Position numbers and translations under genes: made by a program
Shown here: positions 39,935 through 54,388 of the stretch, piece by piece
How positions within the stretch are numbered: the stretch's first letter is position 1
Layout: the number at the start of each line of letters is the position of its first letter
Assembly (NCBI RefSeq): GCF_009914755.1
Contig: NC_060934.1
Direction: 5' to 3' (one strand)
Source: the human T2T-CHM13v2.0 reference genome, Homo sapiens
Length of the DNA: 64,000 nucleotides
The notes under the pieces: generated by a model
The model's database searches: none
What the model was told of the DNA's origin: nothing
The model's input: only the letters and a program-made list of their open reading frames with translations

Positions 39935-42384
39935 TCAAATCCCCTCCGCAAGTGGCAATAGCATTTTCCAAATGGAAAATGGTGACTGTTTAATTCCTGC
40001 CTAGTATCCTTCATCTCATCTCTTACTATTGAAAATATTCCTCAGAGAACTGCAAAGCTAACTTTTCATTGTTTTTCTATGTGGTATAGGCTGGGACCAA
40101 GGTAAACATACATGAAGTTGTATTCACTTTCTTAGGACTCCAGAGATCCATTGTGTGGACTAAGATGTACATTTAATCAGTGTAGCTTAAAGGATTAGAA
40201 GAATTCACCCGCCTTCCCGAAAGGCTGATGTTTCCCCTGGGGAACGGCTTACATATGGGGATTATCATTGAGAATCATTACTTAACAATTTGCTCTACCA
40301 AATTCTGCAATAACCAGAGACTAACTCTAATGGAAGATTGGGGATGTTTTAAGATAATACCATCTGCGATCCCAGCATTTATTCCACATGATGTCTTTGC
40401 CTTCTTCGGGAGACTTCATTTATCCTTGCCCACAGAACCACACATTTTCTGAGTTGGAAGTGTTTCTGTCCTTTTATTTTGCATTTCTGGGATAACCATT
40501 GCTTCCCGTGTTCTGGATTTTGCTGTCTTCCCTTCACCTTTGTGTGTTCAGCGGGTGTCTCACAAAGGTAGGAATCTGTAAAAGGTAGCCGGATTTAATC
40601 TGTCTTTGAAAACATGGGGGGCTATAATAAGGTCCACTGCTGAGAGAAATCACTCTGAATGCTTCAAACAGGCAATTCTAAGTACCTGAATGCTCAAGGG
40701 TTTTTCTATCATAGCATTATTGACAAGACCCTTCAGTACTCTTCCTGGCCATTTTCTCCATTTAGGGACAAGATTGGGAAAATCTGAGTCTCAGCTTAAG
40801 CTCTGCCATCTAGAATTATTTCACCTTCGTGAGCCTCAGCGTCCTAACCTGTAAAATGGGAATGGTAACAGTGGATTTGCCTATTTTTGTGTTGTTACAA
40901 GGAACAAATGAGATGTATGTCAACATACTTGTAAACTATAAAGTATTCTGTAGATGTAAGCTGTTAATATTGCTATTACTACCCATGGATTGAGATACAA
41001 GTGGATATTTTCATTTCAGCTTTCTTATTATGACAAGTGGTCATTTCAAGCATGAGGACTTGGCTCAGATGGTGTAGAAACATGCTGCTGAATGTCAGTA
41101 ACACCTCTGTAACACTTGGACTGCATTCATTCACAAAAGTGAAGAAGAACACCACCAAATGCAGGAATTTTGCATGAGGAGTTCTATTAATGTCACTTCT
41201 TGTCTACTTCCTGAGAGAAGACAGTTGAGAACTTCTAGAATTCTGATCAGTGATATCTTACATATTTTTTAAAGGACTAACTTTAGAACTGAGGACTTTG
41301 TAAATAAGAAGTAAATTATCCAGAAGGTATAACATAACAGTTAAGAGTTTGGGCTTTGGAGTCAGCCCAATGTTCTAACAGTGTTTTAGTTGGGATTGTA
41401 TTAGCTTATGCTTCATGAAAAAATTAACCGTGAAATATCAGTGGTTTAACATATTATGCTTGTTCTTTTGTAAAAACTGATGCAAGTCAATAACGATTCT
41501 CCTCCATTCAGTGTCTCAGGAATCCAGGGTCCTTTCAGCTTAAGACATTATCTCAATATATGGCTCTCAACATACCAAGGAAAGGGGAAAAGTTCATATA
41601 AAATAGATACATTAGCTGTTGAATGGCTAGAGGTATCAGCTATGATTGCCATCTATGTTTCATTGTCTAGAAAAGTTATATGGCTTTGCCCAACTACCAA
41701 GATATGGGTAGTGTAGTCTTCCCCTGTTGCCAGGAAGGAACGGACCATTAAGGGGAAACATTAGGCATATTTTCTATACCCGACTCAACTAGCCAAGTGA
41801 GTTTTGGCAACTTAGATGTTTTCATGCATAAAATAAAAGTAATAGTAGTTTCTACTTTATATGGCTATTAGGCACATAAAATGAGATAATGTACATCCAA
41901 CATGTAGCATACCTGGCACAGAATAAGTGCATAATTAATGTTAGATAATATTATTGTTGTACTGATTAATGGATTAATTGACCCATACTCAGTTATATCA
42001 AGTGTTAATGAAGAAACTCCACGGCTGACCTCTGAATTACTTGGAGATTTCTCAGCACCAGAACCAGCTTTATTTCCAGAAGGCTTTACCTTTTTTCCCA
42101 CAATTATGAAAAAGTTATACATCTTACAATTTCTAGAGTATCAAGAGTTTCTCAGTGAAGCTCTTCTCTTGCTATGAAACCAACAATCGTTTAATTTAAA
42201 TCTGTTTTATCCAAAGGTCAGATGAAAATGCATTTGTGTAATAAGATGTCAACTCCTGAAGGGTTTGTTATTTTCCATATCCACTGAGCAAGAACATGGT
42301 GGGCCATTTCCAGGGGGCTGCTTTGTTTGTATTTAAAACCATCTGAGCTTTCTTCTTCTAGTAAGTCAATAGACGGAAAGATTA

Positions 42385-42862
<478 letters not shown>

Positions 42863-42904
42863 CTAACATGTAGATTATCTGCTCTATGCTGGGAACTTGA
42901 CATG

Positions 42905-43420
42905 TCACTTTAATCCTCGGAGCAAACTTGCAAGGTGAGTTTTATTCCTCAGTTTGCAGATAAGAAAACTGAGTCTCAGAAGGGCTGAGTAACTGGCCCA
43001 TGGTCTCAAGGCTAGTAAATGGCATGGCTTGGATTTGAACCATGTTTTAAGGGAGAGGAAAAATAATAGAAAGAACATACACTTTGAACCAAGAAAGAAC
43101 TGAGTTTGAATCTTGGCTTTGCTACTGATTAACATGGTATCTAGATTAAGTTACTTAGTCCAGTTTATCTATCTGTAAAAGGAAGATAATAATAATAATA
43201 ATGGGCAATAATAACAAGTTATGTAGGACTTACTGTGCCCAGTTTTTTATATGCCTTATGTATATTGCTCTACTTAATCCACACAACCACCTGATTGAAG
43301 CAGGCAACATTATTGTCCCTCTTTTATAGAACACAAAAGTTCACAGAGGGGGTAAGCGGCAGAGCATGAATTCAAAACCAAGTGACTGGCTCCAGAGTCC
43401 AAGTCCTTAGCTGATAGCTG
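42905..43420. mobile_element. Cluster of three MIR fragments (-,+,-)
   Basis: GCAGATAAGAAAACTGAG; GAGTTTGAATCTTGGCTTTGCTACT; TTAATCCACACAACCACC. Confidence 0.65.
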
Positions 43421-44745
43421 CCCTCCATTCACAAGAATAATTGTATCCAGAACAAATGAGAGAACATATAAAGTGCAATGCATGCCTATTTTAGGGCAAA
43501 TACATGTCGTTATCACTTTTCTACTCTACAATACTGGTGTGGTATTTCCAAGGGGATAGCTTCCCTCCAGGAAGAAGCAATCTAACTTGGGAACCATGGA
43601 GCATTGACCCAGCTATGAATGATGCTTCGCTCCTTTTATCCATCAAAACGTTTCCATCTCACCCTTATATTGTCTTGGATTCTATTCTTCTATGGAACAG
43701 ACATTTGCAATTTCTCCCAGTGTAAAGGAAATCAAATACAGGATGGGACTGTGCTGTCTCCGTTAGTCTGTAGCTGGTAGGTCGTCTGCCCAATGGGAAG
43801 GCTGCGGGTGATGATGTGGGAGGAGATTAAGGCATTTGAGAGACCATCCATCAAACGGCAAGTTAGCTGGATAGTATAATTGCTTGGAGATTTTATCATA
43901 TATTTGGCTTTTTTGCTAAAGGAGAGCTTAACTATAATCCTTTTAAATTGATTAGCCATTATTTCTGTTGTTGAGCCAAGTTGTTAAGAATCCGTAGTTC
44001 CTCATTCCCTTTCGGTTCATTTTATCACAGAAATCTGAAAGATGAAGGCAAGTTCTACTTTCAGACGTGCAGTTAAATGGACAGAAACAATCAGAGGCCT
44101 GCAATCTTTAGATTCGAGATGGTATCTAATGAATTGGGAGGGCACTGTGAAAGAGAGTACCCTTTTCTAGCTGAACAGAGAGATGATTAACTACGTTGAC
44201 TACAAAGAGCAGTCATTGTAAGTTACTATGGAAATATTTTCCAAACCTCTAGGCAAAAGCACAGGCTCAGTGAAGACAAATAACTCTCAAAGTTCTTTTT
44301 TTAGGTGAGTCCATAAGGGAGCTGCAACTTAGGAACACTCTCTAATGGCCTTCTTTTAATCTTCCTTTATGACACTGAATTTAAAAAGTAAAAGTCAGGG
44401 TTAAGAGAGAAAGCAGTCTTTTAGGATAGCTTTGTGTCCTTACCTCTCACCCCAAATTTAAGACCTAGAAAATAAACAGTACACACACATTCACACACAC
44501 ATACACACACACTTACTTTAGCATTGTGTATCATAGGAATTGCTAGCTGTCCTTGGTGACTTATAGGAACATTAGAGTAGTTTCATTCAGCAAACATAAT
44601 TGAAGACATATCCTGTTCAAGGCAGTGGGCTAATTACCTCACTGCATTAAAAAAAAAATGTCTACAGCAGTCACCTTGATACTGCCTTCTAACCCCCTTC
44701 TAATCAGTTACCAAATCCTGTTGACTCTACTGCAAAGACATTCCC

Positions 44746-45154
44746 TGTATTCGTCTGTTTTTGCATTGCTGTAAAGGGATACCTGAGACTGGGTAATTTG
44801 TAGAGAAAAGAGATGTACTGGGCCACGGTTCTTCAGGCTGTATGAGAAGCATGGTGCCAGCATCTGCTTCTGGCAAGGACCTCAGGAAGATTCCAGCCAT
44901 GGCAGAAGGCAAAGGGAGCCAGTGTATCTCGTGGCAAGAGTGGGAGCAAGAGAGTGATTTGGGGAGGTGCAAGGCTTTTTAAACAACCAGCTCTCCCATG
45001 AACTCAGAGAACTTACTCATTACGAGGACAGCATCAAAACATTCATGAAGGATCCATCCCCATCCCCAAATACCTCCCACCAGTCTCCACTTCCAAAACT
45101 GGGGACTACATTTCACCATGAAATTTGGAGGGGACACCCATCCAAACTCTATCA
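44746..45154 (-). mobile_element. MST (MSTB-like) MaLR LTR
   Basis: TGTATTCGTCTGTTTTTGCATTGCTGTAAAGGGATACCTGAGACTGGGTAATTT..CATCCAAACTCTATCA. Confidence 0.9.
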
Positions 45155-45601
45155 TCACCTTCACTTTCTTCCAGTTGCCACCCATGACTCGGGCCTGCAC
45201 CACCCCACTGGCTCCTCACCAGGCTCCCCATGCCATTCCCCTTCCTTTGAACATCAGTCTGTCCTTTCAAAGGCAGATTTCATTCTGTGACGGCTCCATT
45301 GAGAACTCTTCAGTGATTCCCAGCTGCTCTAAGCAGAACAACGGAATCCACCTCACGCTTTCCAGAGTCCCGTGTGTGCTGGCCCTCGTGTGCCTGGCCA
45401 GTATCCCCACATATGCCCCTTCTGGCTTCCCTGCTCTCCAGTGTCACTTGCTGTCAGTCGTTTCCTCCAACAAGCCCTGTCGTTTCCTACCTCATAGTCT
45501 TTATGGATCTGTGACTTCTGCCTGCACAACTTTTCACCCTGACTTCACCTAGCTAACTCCTAGTCATCCTTTAGGTTCTTACCTTAAATATTATTTTCTC
45601 A

Positions 45602-45991
<390 letters not shown>

Positions 45992-47425
45992 TCACCTATT
46001 TCTCTATCATCATGGTTTAGTTACATTCTTAGTTGCATAATTAATTTGCAACCCCCACAAAAAACAAACCAACAAATCTTCAGAAGAAGGTGGCTGACTG
46101 CTGTGTCCTCAGCACCCCACATACAAGAGTTGCTAAATATTTCCTATTCGACAAATAAATGAAATTACATTCCATTCCCTGAGAGAATGAGAATATTTGC
46201 AGGTAACCTCACATGAAGAAGCAGAAAAAGTAATACTTTGGGAGTATACTTAAGAGAGCCATTAATTCCCTGTAGTGGGACTGATGAAATCTCCATAGAA
46301 TTAAAGTGGACTTTTAAGGACAAGGAGAATTAAGAGATGCAAAATAGAGGGAAGGTCCTGCCTATTCCAAGATAAGTGGTTGGCCAAAGCAGGCAAGCAT
46401 ATGTCACTTTTGAAGAATGGTGAGAAGTCAAATCCAGCTCATACATAAGGTGCTGTAGCAGACTGGGTGCAGGTGGGTGGGAGGAAGACTGGGTTGAAAG
46501 ATGGCTTTGAATGCCACACCAAAAAATTGGGGCAAGCACATAGATAAGAGGCAGGCTTCAATGTCCTTGTGAGGGAGTACACAGGATTTTAGCAGTGCTT
46601 TATAAGTGGGTAAGAATGATCCAGATGAAAAATAGTGAAAAGCCTGGACTAGGCTCATAGTAAGTACAATGAAAGCAAGGAACAATTTAAGAGACAGTGC
46701 ACAAAGCAAGGTTTCTTTGTATATTGAAATCAAATGCACATTTAATATCAATTTGTTGAGAAAAACGTGACTTTTCCCCTGTGAACAATTCATTCTTTTA
46801 AAACAACATTTTCTAAATTTTCTGGAAAATGAGAGAAAGAGAGAGAGAGAGAGAGTGAGAGATTGTTTGGTTGATTGTTTCTGTTGCAAGATGAAAAACT
46901 TAACCCGAGCGAGTTTAGGCAAAATGGGGAATTTACAGGCTCTCATACCATGCGAAAGCTGATTTGCTGCTGGAAGCTCTTTTTATTTCTTGCTATCTTT
47001 CATCTCTGCTGTACTTTGGGCGTCAGTTTTTACTCTCGCAGACAGGCTCTTCCTGAGCTGTTTCATGCACAGGTTGTCACCACACTTCTTTTAGGTGCTA
47101 GTAGAAAACTACTGGAAGGTTCTCAGTGATCTAGTAGGGTGTCTCATCCACTACCGAGCCTGGAAGATGTGCTCTGTGCCAGCCACTCTCTCGAACCATG
47201 GGCCTGACATTGTCTGCTGGACTGGATCTCAAAATAAAGAAACATTTCATTATGGAAAGAAGGAAAAGGTGAGGCAAAGCAGTGGATGTCGGCTCCATAT
47301 ACTGTGACCTATGTGCTGAATAGGTCATATTTGGGGGCTGTAGGTCAACACAGTGTAGGGGAGGAAAAGATTCCCTTTCTTACCTATTGCCTGGTTCATG
47401 GCTGAGGCCTCTATAATAAAAGATA

Positions 47426-47703
47426 TGCTGGGCACAGTGGCTCATGCCTGTAATTCCAGCACTTTAGGAGACTGAGGCAGGAGGATTGTTTGAGGCTAGG
47501 AGTTCGAGACCAGCCTGGGCAACATAGCAAGGAATTATCTCAGTTTAAAAATTAGCCAGGCGCAGTGGTGCATACCCTTAGTCCCAGCTACTCTGGAGGC
47601 TGAGGCAGGAGGATCGCTTGAGCCCAGGAGTTCAAGGTTGCAGTGAGTGCCGCTGCACTTCAGTCTGGGTAACAGAGTGAGACCTTGTCTCTTAAAAAAT
47701 AAA
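47426..47703 (+). mobile_element. AluJ
   Basis: GGAGGATCGCTTGAGCCCAGGAGTTCAAGG; small internal deletions. Confidence 0.92.
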
Positions 47704-48089
47704 TGAATGCATAGATTTCTAAATGACAGATAAGAGAAAAACACACACATTTATTTATTTCATGTAAATTTTACATGACATAGGAGCCTTCCAAAATGAA
47801 GACCCAAAGAAACAGGGAAACTTGTGTATTTTTATGCTAAATTTGATGAAGAGTGGACAGTCCATAGGGAGGTATGACTGGACAAAGTGGGTAAGATCTA
47901 TTGTCCAATCTTATTGTTAATTAAGTGGGTGATTAACTCGGGGGAGCTTAGCAAGCCCTGTTTGTTCAGATTCTCCTTGGCATCTCCTTGTCTTCGAGGA
48001 TAAGGACGTTTCTTTCCTCTGGGTATAGGGAGAATATCTCTGGAATGAAGGTCTTTTGACCTACTTCAGAGAGGAAGGTCATAGACTTC

Positions 48090-48812
<723 letters not shown>

Positions 48813-49863
48813 TGAATGTAATATTTCTGCTTCTTCTGATCCTACTGTGCTTCATAATTAAATAATGTCCTAGATAGCCAGGGCCAATAAATAAATGGAA
48901 TCAATATTTTACTTAACAAAAACAAAAATAGATGAATATGGCTAGCTGCTTAATAGTTCATCTCATATTTCATGTAATCATTCTTACATTGTTTATTTTA
49001 CAATAAGAAAATGGGAGCTGACATCTGTGGATATGAACTACTGTATCTAAGGACAGATAGTTTAAAACATAAATACTTAAAAGAGATATATTGCTAGCCT
49101 TCAGATATCAAAGTCACTAAAATATGAAATTACACTGCATTGAGAATGTTCAAATTATATTTTTATGGATTATAAATTATAAAATTTTTATAAAGCCTCC
49201 AGAGAATTTTAGAATTTGTATTGGAAGCCATTCTGTGGAATTCCATAAAACACTTTAAAGGTAGGAATTTTCATAGGTCACTAAGGACTTCTGTAGAGCC
49301 CCATAAAAATGCAATTTCCATAAAATATCATGTTAATGCATTCCCAGTTTATTTATCTTCTTGCCTTTCCTCCAGCTGTAACCTAACAATCATCCTGTCT
49401 TTTCCTTTTTACGTTGCTTTCTTGCAGTTGTATCCAGATGTAAATGAGTGCATTCATTATATTTCATATGCCCTTTTGAGGACCTTATTATCCAAAAATA
49501 ATATTTGAAATGGCACCAAGAAACATTTTTTAAAGCCATTGGCCAACAGTGCCATGCGTGGGGAGCAGGTTGAAGCAGAGACCTAAAAACATTTCTAAAT
49601 AAAATGATTAGAGAGCCATGAATTTAATGGCAGCCTCTATAACTGTAGAAAAATTATTTTGCAAGCCCTGCATTCAGAGGTGTCTCTGGTGCTCTCTGTG
49701 TGTGTGCCATAGGTTGGCTGGCAAAAGCACATTTTCCCATGTGTTCTTATACTTATAAACTATCTTTAAAATAACCCTTCAGCTTTTTTGTAATGTGATA
49801 AATCAAACAGATCCAATTAAGCTTAGGAAAACTGTTCTTTTTGGCAGCAGCTGAGCTAAGGTG

Positions 49864-50277
49864 GTATATGAGTTTCAAAAAGTTGCCGTAACAAAGCACT
49901 GCAGAGTGAGTGGCTTAAGCAGAAACATATCATCTCACAGTTCTAGCGGCTGGAGTACAAAATCAGGTGTGGGTTGGGCTGAATCCTTCTGAGGGCTGTG
50001 AAGGATCTATTCCAGACCTCTCTCCTTGGTTTGCAGGTGCTCGTCATCTCCCTCTCTCTCTTCACTTTGTTTTCCCTCTATGTACCTGTTTCTGTGTCTA
50101 AATTTCCCCTTCTTATAAAGATACCAGTTGTATTAGATTATAGTTCACCCTAATGATCTCATTTTATCTCGATTACCTCTATAAAGACCCTTTCTCCAAA
50201 TACAGTCATATTCTGAGATACTGGAGGTTAGGCTTTAAACGTAAGAATGTTGGGGGCACTCAATTTAACCCATTACA
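49864..50277 (-). mobile_element. MLT1A/B-like MaLR LTR
   Basis: TTGCCGTAACAAAG..TCTCACAGTTCT..CACCCTAATGATCTCATTTT..TTAACCCATTACA. Confidence 0.85.
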
Positions 50278-51206
50278 AATGTGTTGCCCTGGCCGTCTGG
50301 CCGTGCAGGCTGACTCTGACCAATGGAATTACTAGGCATTATTCTCATGTAGAGTAGTGAAGAAATGTAGGCCCTAGAGTTGAAGAGCCTGGATTAGAAT
50401 ATTGCTTTGGCCCTTCTTACCTGTCTGACCAACGACATAACCTCACATAGCCTCAGTTTCCACATCTATAAAATAGGGGTATATGAAGTACCTACTTCAT
50501 TGAATGTTCTGAGGCTTAACTGAAAGTGCTTAATCACTAGAACAGATATTAACTCAAACATGGCACCTTCTTGTTATTTTTATCATCACCAAGTTGTCTA
50601 TCTGTTGTTATTATTGCCCTTCTTTGTTGGAAATTTTCCATAATAACACATTTTATATGCATGTTAACACAAAAAATGGGAATTCTCTTGGTCTATTTCA
50701 GTATTTATAGCTCCGATGAACTTCAAGAAACTATGACTGAAAGATACTATATATTGTGTCTCAAATCTGATTATTCTTAGAAAACTAGTGACAGATTGAA
50801 TGACCCTACCCCGTATCCCACCCAAGGAGTACATATAAAATATTCTGATTCCATCTATGCCTTAAAAATTACTTTGCCCACACAGAACTGGATGGGAAGT
50901 TAACTGGATTGGAAATTCTAGTCCAGATTCTACTACTTGAGGTCTGTGTCTGTTTCCTCTTCTGTATAGAAAAAGATAACTGACTTGAAGCTAAAATTTT
51001 ATATTTTTTAGAACGGAACATGACCAGCTCCCCTTTAACTAGTTCCCTGTAATCAGGCAGAGCATACAGGGAGGTGGACACCAGGTCAGATCTTGTGTCA
51101 TTTGTATTGGATATTTTACATGTAGAATGTTATTAGAATATAAAATCTCTAAAAGAAAAAAGAAAAGATTTTCAGGTACCAGGTTGTGATCTTCTTAATT
51201 CAAGTA

Positions 51207-51288
51207 TTAGGTTGAACCATAGTGAAACATACAATATTTGACCTTTTTTCGACCTACAAAAATAATGGTTTCATATGGTTCAGCTTAA
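51207..51288. mobile_element. MADE2 (mariner MITE)
   Basis: TA|TTAGGTTGAACCAT...GACCTACAAAAAT..TTTCATATGGTTCAGCTTAA; about 80-bp palindromic MITE. Confidence 0.85.
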
Positions 51289-51509
51289 GAGTTGAATTTT
51301 TTAAATACATATTTTAAGTTTTGGGATACGTGTGCAGAACGTGCAGGTTTGTTATATGGGTATACACGTGACATGATGGTTTCCTGCACCCATCAACCCA
51401 TCATCTACATTAGGTATTTCTTCTAATGCTCTCCCTTCCCTTGTCCCCCACCCCTTGAGAGGCCCCGGTGTGTGATGTTCCTCTCCCTGTGTCCATGAGT
51501 TATCATTGT

Positions 51510-52028
51510 TCAACTCCCACTTATGAGTGAGAACCTGCAGTGCTTGGTTTTCTGTTCCTGTGTTAGTTTGTTGAGAATGATGGCTTCCAGCTTCATCCAT
51601 GTCCCTACAAAAGACATGAACTCATCCTTTTTTATGGCTGTAGAGTATTCCATGGTGTATATGAGCCATATTTTCTTTATCCAGTCTATCATTAATGGAC
51701 ATGTGGGTTGGTTCCAAGACTTTGCTATTGTGAACAGTGCCGCAATAAACATAGAGGTGCATGCATCTTTATAGTAGAATGATTTACAATCCTTTGAGTA
51801 TATACCCAGTAATGGGATTGCTGGGTCAAATGGTATTTCTGGTTCTAGATCCTTGAGGAATTGCCACAGTGTCTTCCACAATGGCTGAACTAATTTATAC
51901 TCCCACCAACAGTGTAAAAGCGTTCCTATTTCTCCGCATCCTCTCCAGCATCTGTTGTTTCCTGACTTTTTAATCATAGCCATTCTAACTGGCATGAGAT
52001 GGTATCTCATTGTGGTTTTGATTTGCAT
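51510..52028 (-). pseudogene. L1 ORF2p C-terminal fragment (open 172-aa frame; non-functional)
   Basis: [38 protein letters not shown]; lacks the EN and RT domains. Confidence 0.9.
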
Positions 52029-52054
52029 TTCTCTAATGAACAGTGATGATGAGC

Positions 52055-52378
52055 TTTTTTTCTTTTCTCTTTTCTTTTTTTTTTTTTTTGAGACAGAGTC
52101 TCATTCTGTCACCAGGCTGGAGTGCAGTAGTGCAATCTTGGCTCACTGCAACCTCCGCCACCCAGGTTCAAGAAATCCTCCTGCCTCAACCTCCCAAGTA
52201 ACTGGGACTGCAGGCGTGCACCACCACGCTCAGCTAATTTTTTCTTTCTTTTGTATTTTTAATAGAGACGGGGTTTCACCATGTTGGCTAGGATGGTCCC
52301 CATCTCTTGACTTCATGATCCACCCGCCTCAGCCTCCCAAAGTGCTAGGATTACAGGCATGAGCCACTGTGCCTGGCC
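52055..52378 (-). mobile_element. AluSc-like inserted in the L1
   Basis: TGTCACCAGGCT and GGATGGTC..ATCTCTTGAC; TSD GATGAGCT(T/G)TTTTT. Confidence 0.92.
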
Positions 52379-52747
52379 GATGAGCTGTTTTTCATATGTT
52401 TGTTGGCTGCATAAATGTCTTCTTTTGAGAAGTGTCTGCTTATGTCTTTCGCCCACTTTTTGATGGGGTTGTTTTTTTTTTTTTGTAAATTTGTTTAAGT
52501 TCCTTGTAGATTCTGGATATTAGCCCTTTGTCAGATGGATACATTGCAAAAATTTTCTCCCATTCTGTATGTTGCGTGTTCACTCTGCTGATAGTTTCTT
52601 TATTAGATCCCATTTGTCAATTTTGGCTTTTGTTGCCATTGCTTTTGGTGTTTTAGTGATGAAGTCTTTGCCCATGCCTATGTCCTGAATGGTATTGCCT
52701 AGGTTTTCTTCTAGGGTTTTTATGGTAGAACACTATGTAACAGTTGA

Positions 52748-53031
<284 letters not shown>

Positions 53032-53043
53032 AACAGTTGAATT

Positions 53044-53080
53044 CTTAATCCAGTGCCTTAGACCACTTGGCCATGCAACC
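53044..53080 (-). pseudogene. Tailless retropseudogene of the tRNA-Leu(AAG) 5' half
   Basis: Minus strand GGTTGCATGGCCAAGTGGTCTAAGGCACTGGATTAAG vs recalled tRNA-Leu-AAG 5' GGTAGCGTGGCCGAGCGGTCTAAGGCGCTGGATTAAG: 32/37, four of five mismatches at CpG; flanked by direct repeat AACAGTTGAATTCT. Confidence 0.88.
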
Positions 53081-54240
53081 ACCCATAACAGTTGAATTCT
53101 AAGAGACAGAAAGAATACGAACTTTATCTTGAAGCTGGTTATAGTGGGATGACTTCTATTAGAGGCAAAGGAACAGAAAATGACTTTACCCCGTCCCCCA
53201 GCTGCACATTAAAGGTGAAAATATAGTCACACAAACTATCACTGTGGAGTTGCAGCATTTTAAATGTTATAAACTGCATTTCTGTGATTAGGACCAACTG
53301 GAGAACAAGTGCAGCCTGAATTAGCAAAAATAAAAATACACAAACACACACACATGTATAATTTTAGAATGTTGTTTCAAAAAGGGTTTAAAGCTGTGCC
53401 TGGCAGATTGGACAAACATCATGCTGCATCCGGAGGGCCTCTGCGTGTGTCCTCTGGGAAAGCGTGACCTGCAGATCCCAAGGGCTCATAACCAACTGTA
53501 TGTTTCATAACTAACTGAGTGCAGTCTCACTGGCAAATGCCCTATAAGGCCTCTTGTTCCTGGGGCCGTCAACGGCAGCAGAATAGAAGGCAGTTTAGTC
53601 ATTGTGGATAGAGAGGCTTGTACTTTGGATGCCTTTTTGTTTCCAGCTAGTTTCCACCTTAAAGCCTGGACCTGGACATCACTCTACAGCTGTGTGTGGA
53701 AGGAGCTAGAGATCACATCAGGGTGTTTTAAGTAACTGGAATTCTGCTACATTTGAAAACAATTAGATCAGAAACAAAACGTTGCCATCTCAAGGTGCTT
53801 ATCTTGAGGTCTACAAGGATGCAGGAAGCAAAATAAAAGAGCAAAGGCATAGCAGTAAATGGATTTTTAAAATAACCCACAGCTACACATCTTCAGCACA
53901 GAGGGAGTGGGAATGCTGCCTTCTGTGGTGACCTGGAGTTATATAGGGCCCAGTTTCTAGTGCTTGAGGCTAAGGATACTGGGGAAAGAAGCACCATACT
54001 CTGTACCCACAGGGTCTCTGCAGAGTTTGCCATCCTGTTACCTTAACATCTTTAAAATGCCCACTAACTTTCAGCAAGAGTGGGTAAAAGTGTCCCTGTA
54101 ACAGACACTGATTTAATGGCTTGACCTTGACAGCCATGATTCTTTCTAACCATGACACCATGGCATGTCTTAGCCCATATTGCCAACATTGCTCCTAGGA
54201 CACTGGTTGTCAGTGGAGCTGCTGAGCACATCCCTGCTGG

Positions 54241-54388
54241 CAGACCTGGCTTTATGAGTGTGTGGGCTGTGCAGTCTCACTGAGCCCTGTGCTTAGAAGG
54301 GCCCTGTGCCTGGTTTAATGATCTGTTGTCTCCATCTGGAGATTCTTAATTTTTGAATAAGAGCCCCACATTTTCATTCTCCCCTGAG
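54241..54388 (+). mobile_element. MER91A (hAT-Tip100 MITE)
   Basis: GTGCTTAGAAGGGCCCTGTGCCTGGTTTAATG..TTCTTAATTTTTGAATAAGAGCCCCACATTTTCATT. Confidence 0.8.

Larger units (their letters stand above)
51299..52726 (-). mobile_element. L1PA7-like 5'-truncated LINE-1 with nested AluSc
   Basis: 3'UTR and ORF2 end; TSD TAA(G/C)AGTTGAATT at 51286-51298 and 52738-52750. Confidence 0.93.

Noticed and set aside
46428-46946. 172-aa ORF (minus strand)
   Set aside because: Runs through a (GA)n tract and L2-like sequence; no domain.
53044-53080. Functional tRNA gene
   Set aside because: Only the 5' half is present; no T-arm/B-box or 3' acceptor strand; CpGs have decayed.
53891-53912. REST/RE1 site (TTCAGCAC..)
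   Set aside because: Only the left half-site matches; GGACAG is absent.
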